Numbered from the stretch's first letter, positions 9,314-19,690 are shown. The stretch is 64,000 nt of DNA from Alloprevotella sp. (GCA_036802405.1 DAIRWG010000002.1:2013-66012), one strand, 5' to 3'. The notes: generated by a model not told the origin, from the letters alone. Translations and numbers: made by a program.

Positions 9314-10327
9314 ATGATTCATTTCAAGCCGTTCTCCTACCTGTCCCTATTGGCCGTCATCCTGCTGTGCGTGTCCTGTGGCCCCGACAAGGACAAGGCC
9401 CGTTTCCAAGGCAAGCTGACCAACATTTCCGAAGCCGAATTCTATGCCTACACCGACGACGGCACCATCTCCGGCATCGACACCATCCGCATTTCCGACG
9501 GCGAGTTCACCTACGAGCGTCAGCTCACCCGCCCGATGCTCCTCACCTTGCTCTATCCCAACTTCACCCAAACCTATGTGGTGCTCGAACCCGGCAAGAC
9601 GGTGAAGCTGAAGGGCGATGCCTCCAAGATCGGCGAAGCCTCCATCGGCGGTACCGAGGAAAACGAGCTGCTCTCCGAATTCCGCCAGAGCCATGCTTCC
9701 GGCCCGGAGCGCAATGTGCGGCTGGCCGCAGCCGACTTCATCCGAACGCACGCCGCCACGTTGGCAGCCGTAGCCGTTTTCAAGAAATATTTCGAGCAGT
9801 CTGCTTCGACGGATGCCCGCACGGCCCTCTCGCTTCTGGGCGAGCTGCACAAGGCACAGCCCGCTTCGCCCAGCGTGCAGCACCTGTGGACCACCTGCCG
9901 CCCGCAGCTTGAGAGCGGGGTGGGGCAGCCGCTGCCCGACCTTGCTGCCCAAACCCTCGACGGGCGCACCGTGCGTCTGGCCGACTATCGGGGCCGCCGT
10001 CTGCTCATCGTGCTCTATGCCACTTGGCGTGGCCCCAGCCTGTCCTTTCTGCGTGAGGTGAAGCGCCTGCTGCGTGAACCCGGCATGAACGAATGGGCCT
10101 GTGTGGCCGTTTCTGCCGACTACGATGTGAAAGCCTGCCGCGAAGCCCAGCGCCGCGACACCATAGCCTGGCCCGTGGTGTGCGACGGCCTCTCGTTCCG
10201 CTCGCCCTTCATCAGCCGGTTGGCCCTCAGCCGTGTGCCTTCCTGCCTGCTGGTCAATGCGCAAGGCCGTGTCGTGGCCCGCGACATCAGCGACATCAGC
10301 GAGCTACGCCAGAAAATGCGGCAGTAG
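9314..10327 (+). CDS. DUF4369 + TlpA/AhpC-TSA thioredoxin-like lipoprotein lacking CxxC
   Basis: Lipobox CVSC. The C-terminal GQPLPD...L.DYRG..LLIVLYATW and VP...LVN..G.VVARD pattern is thioredoxin-fold-like. Confidence 0.75.
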   Translation: MIHFKPFSYLSLLAVILLCVSCGPDKDKARFQGKLTNISEAEFYAYTDDGTISGIDTIRISDGEFTYERQLTRPMLLTLLYPNFTQTYVVLEPGKTVKLKGDASKIGEASIGGTEENELLSEFRQSHASGPERNVRLAAADFIRTHAATLAAVAVFKKYFEQSASTDARTALSLLGELHKAQPASPSVQHLWTTCRPQLESGVGQPLPDLAAQTLDGRTVRLADYRGRRLLIVLYATWRGPSLSFLREVKRLLREPGMNEWACVAVSADYDVKACREAQRRDTIAWPVVCDGLSFRSPFISRLALSRVPSCLLVNAQGRVVARDISDISELRQKMRQ

Positions 10328-10442
10328 AAAGGGCCCACACGAGGTCGCTCACCTCAGATTCTTGCCCGCAGGTTTGCTCCTTTGAAAGGAAAGCCCCATA
10401 TTTGCAACCATAGCTCCAAAAGTTCCCCCTTCCCACATCATC

Positions 10443-12008
10443 ATGCTAAAAACCATCCATTCCTCCTCCATGAACGGCATGCAGGCCATGCCCGTACTGC
10501 TTGAGGTGAATGCCTACCAGAGCCGCTTCGCTCAGGACAACGGGCCGTCCTATTTCATGGTCGGCCTGCCCGACAATGCCGTGAAGGAAAGCCGCCTGCG
10601 CGTGACCAGTGCACTGATCAACACGAAGCTCGCGCCCCACGACGCCAATTCCTACACCATCAACTTTGCGCCGGCCGACGTGCGCAAGGAAGGCTCCGGT
10701 TTCGACCTCCCGCTGGCCATCGGCCTGCTGGCGGTCAACGGCATCGTGAGTGACGAGAAGCTTGGCCGCTTCGTCTTTGTGGGCGAACTCGGTCTTGACG
10801 GAAGCATCCGCCCCGTCAGAGGTGCGCTCTCCATAGCCATCCGTGCCCGGGCCGATGAGTTTGAAGGGCTGATCGTGCCCAAGGAAAACGAGCGCGAGGC
10901 TGCCGTGGTCAACCGTTTGAAGGTGTATGGGGCCCAGCATCTGCGCGATGTGGTGGACTTTCTCAACGGCAACGAGTCGGCCCTCCAGCAGACCATCGTC
11001 AACACCCGCGAGGAATTCTACCGCGCACAGGCATCCACCCCCTACGACTTTGCCGATGTCAAGGGGCAGGAAGCCGTGAAGCGAGCCTTCGAGGTGGCCG
11101 CGGCCGGAGGCCACAACATCCTCATCGTCGGTTCGCCCGGCTGCGGCAAGAGCATGATGGCCAAGCGCATCCCCTCCATCCTGCCGCAGCTCACATTGGC
11201 CGAAAGCCTCGAAACCACCCAGATTCACTCCGTGGCAGGCAAGCTCGGGGCTTCCACCTCGCTCATTTCGCAAAGGCCCTTCCGTTCGCCCCACCACACC
11301 ATCAGCGATGTGGCCCTCATCGGCGGCGGCACCCAGTGCAAACCCGGCGAGATCAGTCTGGCGCACAACGGCATCCTCTTCCTCGACGAGCTGCCCGAAT
11401 TCTCGAAAACGGCACTCGAAACGCTTCGCCAGCCTCTGGAGGACCGCGTCATCACCATCAGCCGTGCCAAGTACACCGTCACGCTTCCCTGTTCGTTCAT
11501 GCTTGTGGCCTCGATGAACCCCTGCCCGTGCGGCTACTACAACCATCCCACCCATCCCTGCAAGTGCACACCCCGCCAGCGTCAGAACTATGTGGGCAAG
11601 ATTTCCGGTCCGCTGCTCGACCGCATCGACATTCAGGTGGAAGTCAGCCCCGTGCCCGTGGAGGAACTGGCCACGGCTCCCGAGGGCGAACACAGCGCCT
11701 CCATCCGTGAGCGTGTGGTGGCAGCACGCGCCATCCAGACCGAGCGCTTCAAGGATGCCCCCGGCACTTACTGCAACGCCCAGATGTCGCGACGCCAGCT
11801 CGAACAGTTTGCCCGTCTGGATGCCGAATGCGTTGATGTGCTCAAGCGGGCCATGATCCGTCTCAATCTCTCGGCCCGTGCCTACGACCGCATCCTCCGC
11901 GTGGCCCGCACCATTGCCGACCTCGATGCCGCCCCCGACATTCGCAAGGAGCACCTCTACGAAGCCATCGGCTACCGCAATCTCGACCGCAGCAACTGGG
12001 GAGAGTGA
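10443..12008 (+). CDS. comM: YifB/ComM family Mg-chelatase-like AAA+ ATPase
   Basis: VGLPD..VKES, KEGSGFDLP, Walker A GSPGCGKS, RPFRSPHH, GEISLAHNGILFLDE, NPCPCG and LSARAYDRILRVARTIADL. Confidence 0.93.
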   Translation: MLKTIHSSSMNGMQAMPVLLEVNAYQSRFAQDNGPSYFMVGLPDNAVKESRLRVTSALINTKLAPHDANSYTINFAPADVRKEGSGFDLPLAIGLLAVNGIVSDEKLGRFVFVGELGLDGSIRPVRGALSIAIRARADEFEGLIVPKENEREAAVVNRLKVYGAQHLRDVVDFLNGNESALQQTIVNTREEFYRAQASTPYDFADVKGQEAVKRAFEVAAAGGHNILIVGSPGCGKSMMAKRIPSILPQLTLAESLETTQIHSVAGKLGASTSLISQRPFRSPHHTISDVALIGGGTQCKPGEISLAHNGILFLDELPEFSKTALETLRQPLEDRVITISRAKYTVTLPCSFMLVASMNPCPCGYYNHPTHPCKCTPRQRQNYVGKISGPLLDRIDIQVEVSPVPVEELATAPEGEHSASIRERVVAARAIQTERFKDAPGTYCNAQMSRRQLEQFARLDAECVDVLKRAMIRLNLSARAYDRILRVARTIADLDAAPDIRKEHLYEAIGYRNLDRSNWGE

Positions 12009-12068
12009 CCCTTCTTCCCTCGCAACGACGGCATACACCTTCCATCTGACACTAACTCCACACATCTT

Positions 12069-13283
12069 ATGATTAAGCCCAAACATCTCCTATTCCTGCT
12101 CATAGCCAGTTGTGCATCCGCCTTTGTGCAGGCGCAGACCCTCCTCTTCCACACCGGCGATGCCACCGGATTCCCCTATCGCATACCGGCCATTGCCTCC
12201 GCTCCCAACGGCGACCTCATCGCCTTGTCCGACCGCCGGCCCTGCGGCAGCGACATCGGTTACGGACGTGTCGACATACTCGGCCGCATCAGTTCCGACC
12301 AGGGAAGCACCTGGAGCGAACCGTTCAATGTGCTTGTCGGCAGCGGCAAGGGAGAAGATGCCGGCTACGGCGATGCCTGCCTCGTGGCCGACCGCAAGCG
12401 CAACGAGCTGCTGCTGGTGTGCGTGTCGGGCGACGTGCCCTATTGGAACAGCACCCTCGACCATCGCCAGCGCATGGTGAGCCTGCATGCCCGCTACCAC
12501 AAGCGCCTCAAGCAGTGGGTGTGGGACAAGCAGCCCACCGACCTCACCGGCCAGATTTACGACGAATTGCTTCACCGCACCATCGGTGCCCTCTTCATGG
12601 GGTCGGGCCGCATTTGCCAGAGCAGCCGCGTGAAGGTGGGCCGTTACTATCGCCTCTATGCCTCTCTTTGCACCCATCAAGGCAATTTCGTCATCTATTC
12701 CGACGACTTCGGACGGCAATGGCACGTGCTCGGCCACTACAGCCGCAGCTGTGCCCCCAAGGGCGACGAGCCCAAGTGTGAGGAACTGCCCGACGGCAGC
12801 GTGCTGCTGAGCTCGCGCAAGGCCGGAGGCCGTTTCTTCAATGTGTTCCGCTACGCCGATGTGCGCACAGCCCGAGGCCAGTGGGGGCAGGTGGTGGATT
12901 CGCGCACCGCTCCCGGCGGCATCAGCAACGAGAGCTCGGCCTGCAACGGCGAAATCCTCATTCTGCCCGTGCGCCGCACGGCCGACGGACGGGCCACCCA
13001 CCTGGCCTTGCAGAGCCTGCCGGCCGGGCCTAACCGCACGAATGTCACCATCTACTTCAAGGAACTGTCCACCCCCGACACCTACAACACCCCGCTGCGC
13101 TTTGCCTCCAACTGGAACGGGCGCTTCCAGGTGTCGCAAACGGGTTCGGCCTACAGCACCATGGTGCAGCAGAAGAACGGACGCATAGCCTTCTACTATG
13201 AGGAAGAACCGCAGTACTACCAGATGGTCTACCGCGAACTTTCCATTGATGAAATCACGCAAGGCCTCTATCGGGCTGAATGA
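12069..13283 (+). CDS. Secreted sialidase-family protein (GH33)
   Basis: Signal peptide, YRIP motif, Asp-boxes SSDQGSTW and SDDFGRQW, and C-terminal AYST. Confidence 0.85.
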   Translation: MIKPKHLLFLLIASCASAFVQAQTLLFHTGDATGFPYRIPAIASAPNGDLIALSDRRPCGSDIGYGRVDILGRISSDQGSTWSEPFNVLVGSGKGEDAGYGDACLVADRKRNELLLVCVSGDVPYWNSTLDHRQRMVSLHARYHKRLKQWVWDKQPTDLTGQIYDELLHRTIGALFMGSGRICQSSRVKVGRYYRLYASLCTHQGNFVIYSDDFGRQWHVLGHYSRSCAPKGDEPKCEELPDGSVLLSSRKAGGRFFNVFRYADVRTARGQWGQVVDSRTAPGGISNESSACNGEILILPVRRTADGRATHLALQSLPAGPNRTNVTIYFKELSTPDTYNTPLRFASNWNGRFQVSQTGSAYSTMVQQKNGRIAFYYEEEPQYYQMVYRELSIDEITQGLYRAE

Positions 13284-13383
13284 GCCGAAAGGCCACGGAT
13301 GCCCATTGCCGATCCGTGGCCTTTCTTGAAAAAATGCATGGCTCCCAATTCCACGTACGGATGCGATTCCGTATTTTTGCACT

Positions 13384-14160
13384 ATGAAAACGAAAGTCAC
13401 AGTCATCAAGGTGGGTGGCAAGATTGTTGAAACCCCCGAATCGCTCGAACGCCTGTTGCTCGACTTCAGTGCGCTTCACGCACCCAAAGTGCTTGTGCAT
13501 GGCGGCGGGCGCACGGCCACCGAAATGGCCGCCCGCATGGGCATCGCCACGCAGATGGTCGACGGGCGTCGCGTGACCGATGCCGAAATGCTCCGAGTCG
13601 TGACGATGGTCTATGCCGGGCTCGTCAACAAGAACCTCGTGGCGCGCCTGCAGTCGCAGGGCGTGAACGCGCTCGGTCTGACCGGAGCCGACATGAACGT
13701 CATTCAGGCCCACCGCCGTCCGCCCCGGCAGGGAGTGGACTACGGATTCGTGGGCGATGTTGACCAAGTCAACGGCCATCGCCTCCGGCAGCTGCTCGAG
13801 GCGGGAGTGGTGCCCGTGCTGGCTCCGCTCACCCACGACGGCCACGGTTCGATGCTCAACACCAATGCCGACACCATCGCCTCCGAAGTGGCCAAGGCCC
13901 TTGCAGCCGAAGGCATGGAAGTCACGCTCACCTACTGCTTCGAGCACGCCGGTGTGCTCACCGATCCTGCCGACGAGTCCAGCGTCATTCCCCACATCTC
14001 GCGTGCCGACTTTGAGCGTCTGCGGGCCGACGGCACTCTCAGCGGCGGCATGATTCCCAAGGTGGAAAATGCCCTTCATGCCGTCAGCCAAGGAGTCAGC
14101 CGCGTGGTCATCACCCGGGCCGACGCCATCGACGGATTCTGCGGCACGAGCATTTTCTGA
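13384..14160 (+). CDS. argB: Acetylglutamate kinase
   Basis: VIKVGG, VHGGG, GRRVTD, LNTNADTIA and GGMIPKV. Confidence 0.95.
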   Translation: MKTKVTVIKVGGKIVETPESLERLLLDFSALHAPKVLVHGGGRTATEMAARMGIATQMVDGRRVTDAEMLRVVTMVYAGLVNKNLVARLQSQGVNALGLTGADMNVIQAHRRPPRQGVDYGFVGDVDQVNGHRLRQLLEAGVVPVLAPLTHDGHGSMLNTNADTIASEVAKALAAEGMEVTLTYCFEHAGVLTDPADESSVIPHISRADFERLRADGTLSGGMIPKVENALHAVSQGVSRVVITRADAIDGFCGTSIF

Positions 14161-14216
14161 AACATCCGGCCCGCATCCGTCCGTTCTTCTCACCTTCATC
14201 CTTTAAGCCCCATCTT

Positions 14217-15479
14217 ATGAATCAAGCATATCCACACTCCGCCTGCGAAATCATGGCCCCCGTCGGTTCACGCGAATCGCTGGCCGCTGCCATCAAGGCC
14301 GGAGCCGACTCCATCTACTTCGGCATTGAGGCCCTCAACATGCGTGCCCACAGTGCCAGCCACTTCACCATCGACGACCTGCGCGACATAGCCGCCCAGT
14401 GCGCCGAGCATGGCATGAAGTCTTACCTCACGGTCAACACCATCATCTACGATGACGACATCCCCCTCATGGAGCGCATCCTCGATGCGGCCCACGAGGC
14501 CGGCATCTCCGCCATCATTGCCTCCGACGTGGCCGTGATGACCTACTGCCGCCGCATCGGCCAGGAAGTGCACCTGAGCACGCAGCTCAACATCTCCAAT
14601 GTCGAGGCCCTCCGTTTCTATGCCCAGTTTGCCGACGTGGCTGTGCTGGCCCGTGAGTTGAGCCTCGACAAGGTGGCCCACATCCACGAATGCATCGAGC
14701 GAGAGCACATATGCGGCCCCAAGGGCGAACCTGTGCGCATCGAAATGTTTTGCCACGGTGCCCTCTGCATGGCTGTCAGCGGCAAGTGCTACCTCTCGCT
14801 CGACAATCTGGGCCGCTCCGCCAACCGCGGCGAGTGCATGCAGGTGTGCCGCCGCAGCTACACCGTGCGCGACCGCGAAACGGGAGTGGAACTGGATGTC
14901 GACAACAAGTACATCATGAGTCCCAAGGACCTCAAGACCATCGGTTTCATCGACCGCATGATCCGTGCCGGAGTGCGTGTGTTCAAGATTGAAGGCCGCG
15001 CCCGTTCGGCAGAGTACGTCTACACCGTCGTCACCTGCTACAAGGAAGCCATCCGTGCCGTGGAGGAAGGCACCTTCTCAGCCGCGAAGGTGGAGGAATG
15101 GAACAAGCGTCTGGCTACGGTGTTCAACCGCGGTTTCTGGGACGGCTACTACCTTGGCCAGCGTTTGGGCGAATGGAGCAACGTCTACGGTTCGAGCGCC
15201 ACCGAGAAGAAGCAGTATGTGGGCAAAGGGCTGAAATACTTCTCCAAGCTCGGGGTAGGGGAGTTCTACATCGAGGCAGGCGAGTTCTCGGTGGGCGACA
15301 AACTGCTCATCATCGGTCCCACCACCGGTGCGCTCTACGTCACCGCCACCGACATCCACGGCGACAACGGTCCTGTGGAGAAAGCCGTGAAAGGCATGCG
15401 CGTGTCCATCCCAGTGCCCGAGAAAGTGCGTCCCAGCGACAAGCTCTACAAGGTGGTGAAAAGTGAAACGAGTAAATAA
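14217..15479 (+). CDS. U32 family protein (annotated as peptidase/collagenase; TrhP-like RNA hydroxylation family)
   Basis: EIMAPVG, GADSIYFG, HLSTQ, HGALCMAVSGKC, NRGEC.Q.CR and FKIEGR. Confidence 0.9.
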   Translation: MNQAYPHSACEIMAPVGSRESLAAAIKAGADSIYFGIEALNMRAHSASHFTIDDLRDIAAQCAEHGMKSYLTVNTIIYDDDIPLMERILDAAHEAGISAIIASDVAVMTYCRRIGQEVHLSTQLNISNVEALRFYAQFADVAVLARELSLDKVAHIHECIEREHICGPKGEPVRIEMFCHGALCMAVSGKCYLSLDNLGRSANRGECMQVCRRSYTVRDRETGVELDVDNKYIMSPKDLKTIGFIDRMIRAGVRVFKIEGRARSAEYVYTVVTCYKEAIRAVEEGTFSAAKVEEWNKRLATVFNRGFWDGYYLGQRLGEWSNVYGSSATEKKQYVGKGLKYFSKLGVGEFYIEAGEFSVGDKLLIIGPTTGALYVTATDIHGDNGPVEKAVKGMRVSIPVPEKVRPSDKLYKVVKSETSK

Positions 15480-15514
15480 CGACGTTGACGAGTTTACGAA
15501 AAGAATCTTACCCC

Positions 15515-16165
15515 ATGCATTTGCTCTTTGATTTTGGTGGTGTGCTGGTCGATCTCGACCGCGCCCGCTGCATGCAGTCCTTCCATGCCATAGGTTTCCC
15601 CGTTGAGGACTATCTCGGGGCATACAAGCAAGCCGGCATCTTCTCCCAGCTCGAGCGGGGCGAAATCACGATACCCGAGTTTTGCGAAGGCATCCGCCGC
15701 CTCGGCGCCTCGCCCGATGCCACTGACGAAAGCATCGTCCAGGCTTGGGAAAGCTTCCTGCCCGGAGTCCCTTCCGAAAGGCTCGACATGCTGTTGCGCA
15801 TCCGCCGGCACTATCCCGTCAGCCTGCTCAGCAACACCAACCTCATCCATTGGCACCAGGCCGAACGCGATTTTTTCCGCTATAAAGGGCTTGAAGCTGC
15901 CGACTTCTTCGACTTCATCTTCCTCTCCTGCCGCTTGGGAGTGGAAAAGCCCGATGCCGCCATCTTCGAAGCCGTCACGCGATGCACCGCCCTGCCGGCT
16001 TCCGACATCCTCTTCTTTGATGATTCCGAGGTCAACTGCGAGGCCGCACGCCGTTGCGGCATGCATGCCCTCCTGGCCCCGGCGGGCAGCGCATGGTTCC
16101 GCTATTTCGATGCCGACGGCCGCCTCACGCCCGAAGCCATCGAGCTGACGAGAAAATCAAGTTGA
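15515..16165 (+). CDS. HAD family phosphatase (YihX-like)
   Basis: LLFDFGGVL, LLSNTN, EKPD..IF and FFDD..VN motifs. Confidence 0.88.
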   Translation: MHLLFDFGGVLVDLDRARCMQSFHAIGFPVEDYLGAYKQAGIFSQLERGEITIPEFCEGIRRLGASPDATDESIVQAWESFLPGVPSERLDMLLRIRRHYPVSLLSNTNLIHWHQAERDFFRYKGLEAADFFDFIFLSCRLGVEKPDAAIFEAVTRCTALPASDILFFDDSEVNCEAARRCGMHALLAPAGSAWFRYFDADGRLTPEAIELTRKSS

Positions 16166-16258
16166 CAAGTAGACGAGCCAGCCCTGTAAGTTGCTTGCAC
16201 TGTTTCGCCCGTCAAGCAGGCTGATCATACTTGCCCGTCCACTTAAATCCCTATACAT

Positions 16259-17206
16259 ATGGCAAACTATTCATTACATACCTTCCGCCGCGATTTCGAT
16301 CTGCAGCAAAGCACATGTGCAGCCATCGGCTTTTTCGACGGCGTGCATCGCGGTCATGCCTACCTCATCGAACAAGTGAAGGCTGAGGCTGCCCGACGGG
16401 GACTTCAGCCCATGGTCATCACCTTCGAGGAACACCCGCGTCTGGCGCTCTCGCAAACGCACTACTGGCCCGAGCTGCTCACCACCAATGCCCAAAAGCT
16501 CCAGCTCTTGGAACAGACCGGGCTGAGCGCATGCGCCATGCTCCATTTCGACCATGCCATGTCGATGCTCACCTCGCGCGAGTTCATGGACCTCGTGCTC
16601 AGCAAGGAACTTCATGTGCGCTGCCTCCTCATGGGCTACGACCACCACTTCGGCTCCGACCTCAGTGCAGGATTCCGCGACTACGTGCGCAACGGCCATG
16701 ACCTCGGCATCGAAGTGCTCCGCGAACGCCCCTTCGACGATCACGAGCTGCGCATCAGCTCCTCGGCCACGCGCCGCTTCCTGGCCGCTGGCAATGTGGA
16801 GATGGCCCGCGCCTGCCTGGGCCGCCCCTACGTGCTCGAGGGCACCGTGGTGGAAGGCCACCATGCCGGCACGCTCATGGGCTATCCCACGGCCAACCTC
16901 CGCCCCGACTGCGAAGAGCAGATCGTGCCCGGACGTGGCGTGTATGCCGTGCGTGCCGATGTCGACGGGTTCAGCTACATGGGCATGCTCAACATCGGCT
17001 GGCGCCCCACGCTCAACAATGGCGACGACCGCACCATCGAAACGCACCTGCTCGACTACTCCGGCGCCCCTCTCTACGGCAAGCGCATCAGCCTGCGCTT
17101 CATCCGCCGCGTGCGCGACGAGCGCCGCTTCTCCAGCATCGAGGAACTGCAGTCGCAGCTCGCCATCGATGCCGACCACGTGCGCCAAATGCTGAGTGAG
17201 CCATGA
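16259..17206 (+). CDS. ribF: Bifunctional riboflavin kinase / FAD synthetase
   Basis: IGFFDGVHRGH, GYDHHFG, ISSS, GYPTAN, NIG.RPT and ETHLLD. Confidence 0.95.
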   Translation: MANYSLHTFRRDFDLQQSTCAAIGFFDGVHRGHAYLIEQVKAEAARRGLQPMVITFEEHPRLALSQTHYWPELLTTNAQKLQLLEQTGLSACAMLHFDHAMSMLTSREFMDLVLSKELHVRCLLMGYDHHFGSDLSAGFRDYVRNGHDLGIEVLRERPFDDHELRISSSATRRFLAAGNVEMARACLGRPYVLEGTVVEGHHAGTLMGYPTANLRPDCEEQIVPGRGVYAVRADVDGFSYMGMLNIGWRPTLNNGDDRTIETHLLDYSGAPLYGKRISLRFIRRVRDERRFSSIEELQSQLAIDADHVRQMLSEP

Positions 17207-18054
17207 AGCGAGCCGTTGTCATCTTCCTGCTCTTTGCGCTTGCGCAGATCATCGGCAGTGCCGTGGCCCTGCTTTTCGGCAATGTCGGCAGCATCGGCCA
17301 GGGCCGTCCGCTGGCCGAACTTCCCGTGTCGCCCGAAGCCTGTGGCGTGGCCCTGTTCGTGGTGGAATTCCTGCTTACGCTCGGCCTGCTCTGGTTCTAT
17401 GGCTGGGCCGACCGTTCCCTGCCGCGTCCGTCGCTCCCCCCCCTCGGTGCAGCGCGCAAGTGGCTTGCCCTGGGCGGCATGATGGCATTGAGCGTAGCCC
17501 TCTCCCTGCTGCTCGATCCGCTGCAGCTCGACGACGGCGGTGCGCAGCTCCTCTTTGAAGGCATGAAGCACAACGGCCTGTGCGTGCTGCTGCTCTGCCT
17601 GGTCGGGCCGGCCTGCGAGGAACTCGTGTTTCGCCGTGGCGTGCTGCAAGGAATGATTCAGGCCGGGTGCAGTCCCCTATGGTCCGTGGTGCTCAGCTCC
17701 GTGGCGTTTGCCCTGGTGCATGGCAACCTCATGCAGATGGTGCCCGCCTTCGTTTCGGGCATCGCCTTGGGCTTCTGCTTCCTTCGCACCGGCAATCTCC
17801 GCCTCTGCCTTCCCCTTCATGTGGCCAACAATGTGCTGGCCGTGCTGCTGATGTATTTTCCCCAAGTGGAGCAGGGCATCACCGCATGCGGCACCTTCTG
17901 CTGCATCGCCTTGGGCCTCATTCTGCTTCTGCTCTCCGTGGCAGCCCTGCGCAGGGCATTGGCCGCTCCGGCCGCCTCCGGTGGCGCGAAGCCCGCGGCC
18001 CCAATCTCTTCATCCATTTCCAACGACAACAACCGAACCGACTCATGCAGATAG
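17203..18054 (+). CDS. CPBP (CAAX/Abi) family intramembrane metalloprotease
   Basis: EELVFR, FALVH and H..NN motifs; multiple TM helices. Confidence 0.88.
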   Translation: MKRAVVIFLLFALAQIIGSAVALLFGNVGSIGQGRPLAELPVSPEACGVALFVVEFLLTLGLLWFYGWADRSLPRPSLPPLGAARKWLALGGMMALSVALSLLLDPLQLDDGGAQLLFEGMKHNGLCVLLLCLVGPACEELVFRRGVLQGMIQAGCSPLWSVVLSSVAFALVHGNLMQMVPAFVSGIALGFCFLRTGNLRLCLPLHVANNVLAVLLMYFPQVEQGITACGTFCCIALGLILLLLSVAALRRALAAPAASGGAKPAAPISSSISNDNNRTDSCR

Positions 18055-19085
18055 GAACACTCAACTTGGGGCCGCGCCCCGTGCTGCTGGCCCCGATGGA
18101 GGACGTCACCGACATCGGCTTTCGCCTGCTTTGCCGCCATCTCGGCGCTTCGATGGTCTACTCTGAATTTGTGGCTGCCGATGCCCTCGTGCGCATGGTG
18201 AGCAAAAGCTTGGACAAGCTCACCGTGTGTGAGGAGGAACGCCCCGTGGCCATCCAGATTTACGGCAAGGACCCCATAGCCGTGCGCGATGCAGCCCAGA
18301 TTGTGGTGGAGAAAGCCCACCCCGATGTGCTCGACATCAACTTCGGCTGCCCCGTAAAGCGCGTGGCCGGCAAGGGAGCCGGAGCCGGACTGCTGCAGGA
18401 CGTGCCCCGCATGCTCAGCATCACGCGCGCCGTGGTGGAGGCCGTTGATGTGCCCGTCACAGCCAAAACGCGCCTCGGCTGGGATGCCGAGCACAAGATT
18501 ATCGTGCCGCTGGCCGAGCAGCTTCAGGACTGCGGCATCCAGGCCCTCACCATCCATGGGCGCACCCGTGCGCAGATGTACAACGGCGAGGCCGACTGGA
18601 GCCTCATCGGCGAAGTGAAGCGCAACCCTCGCATGCGCATCCCCATCATCGGCAACGGCGACATCACCTCGACCGAGCGTGCGCGCGATGCCTTCGACCG
18701 CTACGGGGTGGATGCCGTGATGGTGGGCCGGGCCACCTTTGGCCGGCCTTGGATCTTCAAGGAAATCCACGACCTGCTCCATGCCGACGACCACAGTGTC
18801 GACCATGTGGTGCCCAGCCGTTATGCCCCCATGACGGCCGACTGGAAACTCGATGTGCTCAAGGAACAGGTGCTGCAGAGTGTGGCACGCATCGACGAGT
18901 ATCGCGGCATTCTCCACATCCGCCGTCACTTGGCCGCCACGCCCCTCTTCAAGGGTCTGCCCAACTTCCGCAACACGCGCATAGCCATGCTCCGTGCCGA
19001 AACGGTCGGCGAACTCTTCGACATCATGGAGAGCACCCGTCCCCTCATCCGTCAGGCCGAAGCAGAATCAGGGGCCGAATCGTGA
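18045..19085 (+). CDS. dusB: tRNA-dihydrouridine synthase B
   Basis: LAPMEDVTD, DINFGCP, TIHGRT, IGNGDI and VMVGR; start placed at MQIG. Confidence 0.93.
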   Translation: MQIGTLNLGPRPVLLAPMEDVTDIGFRLLCRHLGASMVYSEFVAADALVRMVSKSLDKLTVCEEERPVAIQIYGKDPIAVRDAAQIVVEKAHPDVLDINFGCPVKRVAGKGAGAGLLQDVPRMLSITRAVVEAVDVPVTAKTRLGWDAEHKIIVPLAEQLQDCGIQALTIHGRTRAQMYNGEADWSLIGEVKRNPRMRIPIIGNGDITSTERARDAFDRYGVDAVMVGRATFGRPWIFKEIHDLLHADDHSVDHVVPSRYAPMTADWKLDVLKEQVLQSVARIDEYRGILHIRRHLAATPLFKGLPNFRNTRIAMLRAETVGELFDIMESTRPLIRQAEAESGAES

Positions 19086-19247
19086 ATCCGGTTGGCTGCA
19101 AGGCCGGCGTTTTCGGAGCGGGTGAACGGCTCGTGAATACACGCGCTTGGCGCAATCCGAATTCGTTGAGGCTCCTTGGATGTTTAGAACGTATTAATTA
19201 GCAAATGAATAGGGTGTCCTGTTAGGGGTACTCATTTAGCATGCATC

Positions 19248-19291
19248 AAGGGCGGGCTGAAAGCAACAGTTGGGCTTTCTGTCCGCCCTTT
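19248..19291. terminator. Hairpin downstream of dusB
   Basis: aagggcgg..gaaagc / gctttc..ccgccctt imperfect inverted repeat. Confidence 0.45.
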
Positions 19292-19357
19292 CCATACCCA
19301 CTCATACGAATGCTCGTTGAATTGAAAATGCGAACGCCATACTGGATACTCTGGTAA

Positions 19358-19690
19358 CCAATGATCACGCGAGCCATTGCACTGATAGTCATTGCTGTCA
19401 TATTTTGCCGCAGGGCTTCGTGCTTCTTCGCGGCCCTTGGTGGTAAAGACTCCGTCGCATGGCTTCGCGGCCCTTCGCGGGAAAAAGACACAACGCCGAG
19501 TCCGCGGCTAGGAAGCCGCGGCTCCCCAAGCATCTTCGTTGGATATTCTGCCGCAAGGCTTCGTGTTCATTCGTGTTTCTTAGTGGTAAAAACTCCGCCG
19601 CAAGGTTTCGCGTATCTTCGTGTTCCTTTGTGGTAACCCCAAGTGAAGTATGATGTCCTATCTGATTGCTCACACGATTCGTTGTAGGCC
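19358..19690. repeat. Modular intergenic repeat element, copy A (leader + 4 units + GC hairpin + tail)
   Basis: ccgcaaggcttcg...gtggtaaa units near 19408, 19455, 19551 and 19598; hairpin at 19502-19521. Homologous to the elements starting at 24925 and 56501. Confidence 0.85.

Noticed and set aside
17960..18054. Low-complexity C-terminal tail of the CPBP protease overlapping dusB
   Set aside because: Could be a lost stop codon, but short overlaps are common in operons and there is no evidence of special function.
19358..19690. Unit arrays (here and at 24925 and 56501) as CRISPR arrays
   Set aside because: The units are degenerate and contiguous with no unique spacers of constant length, and no cas genes are present in the window.
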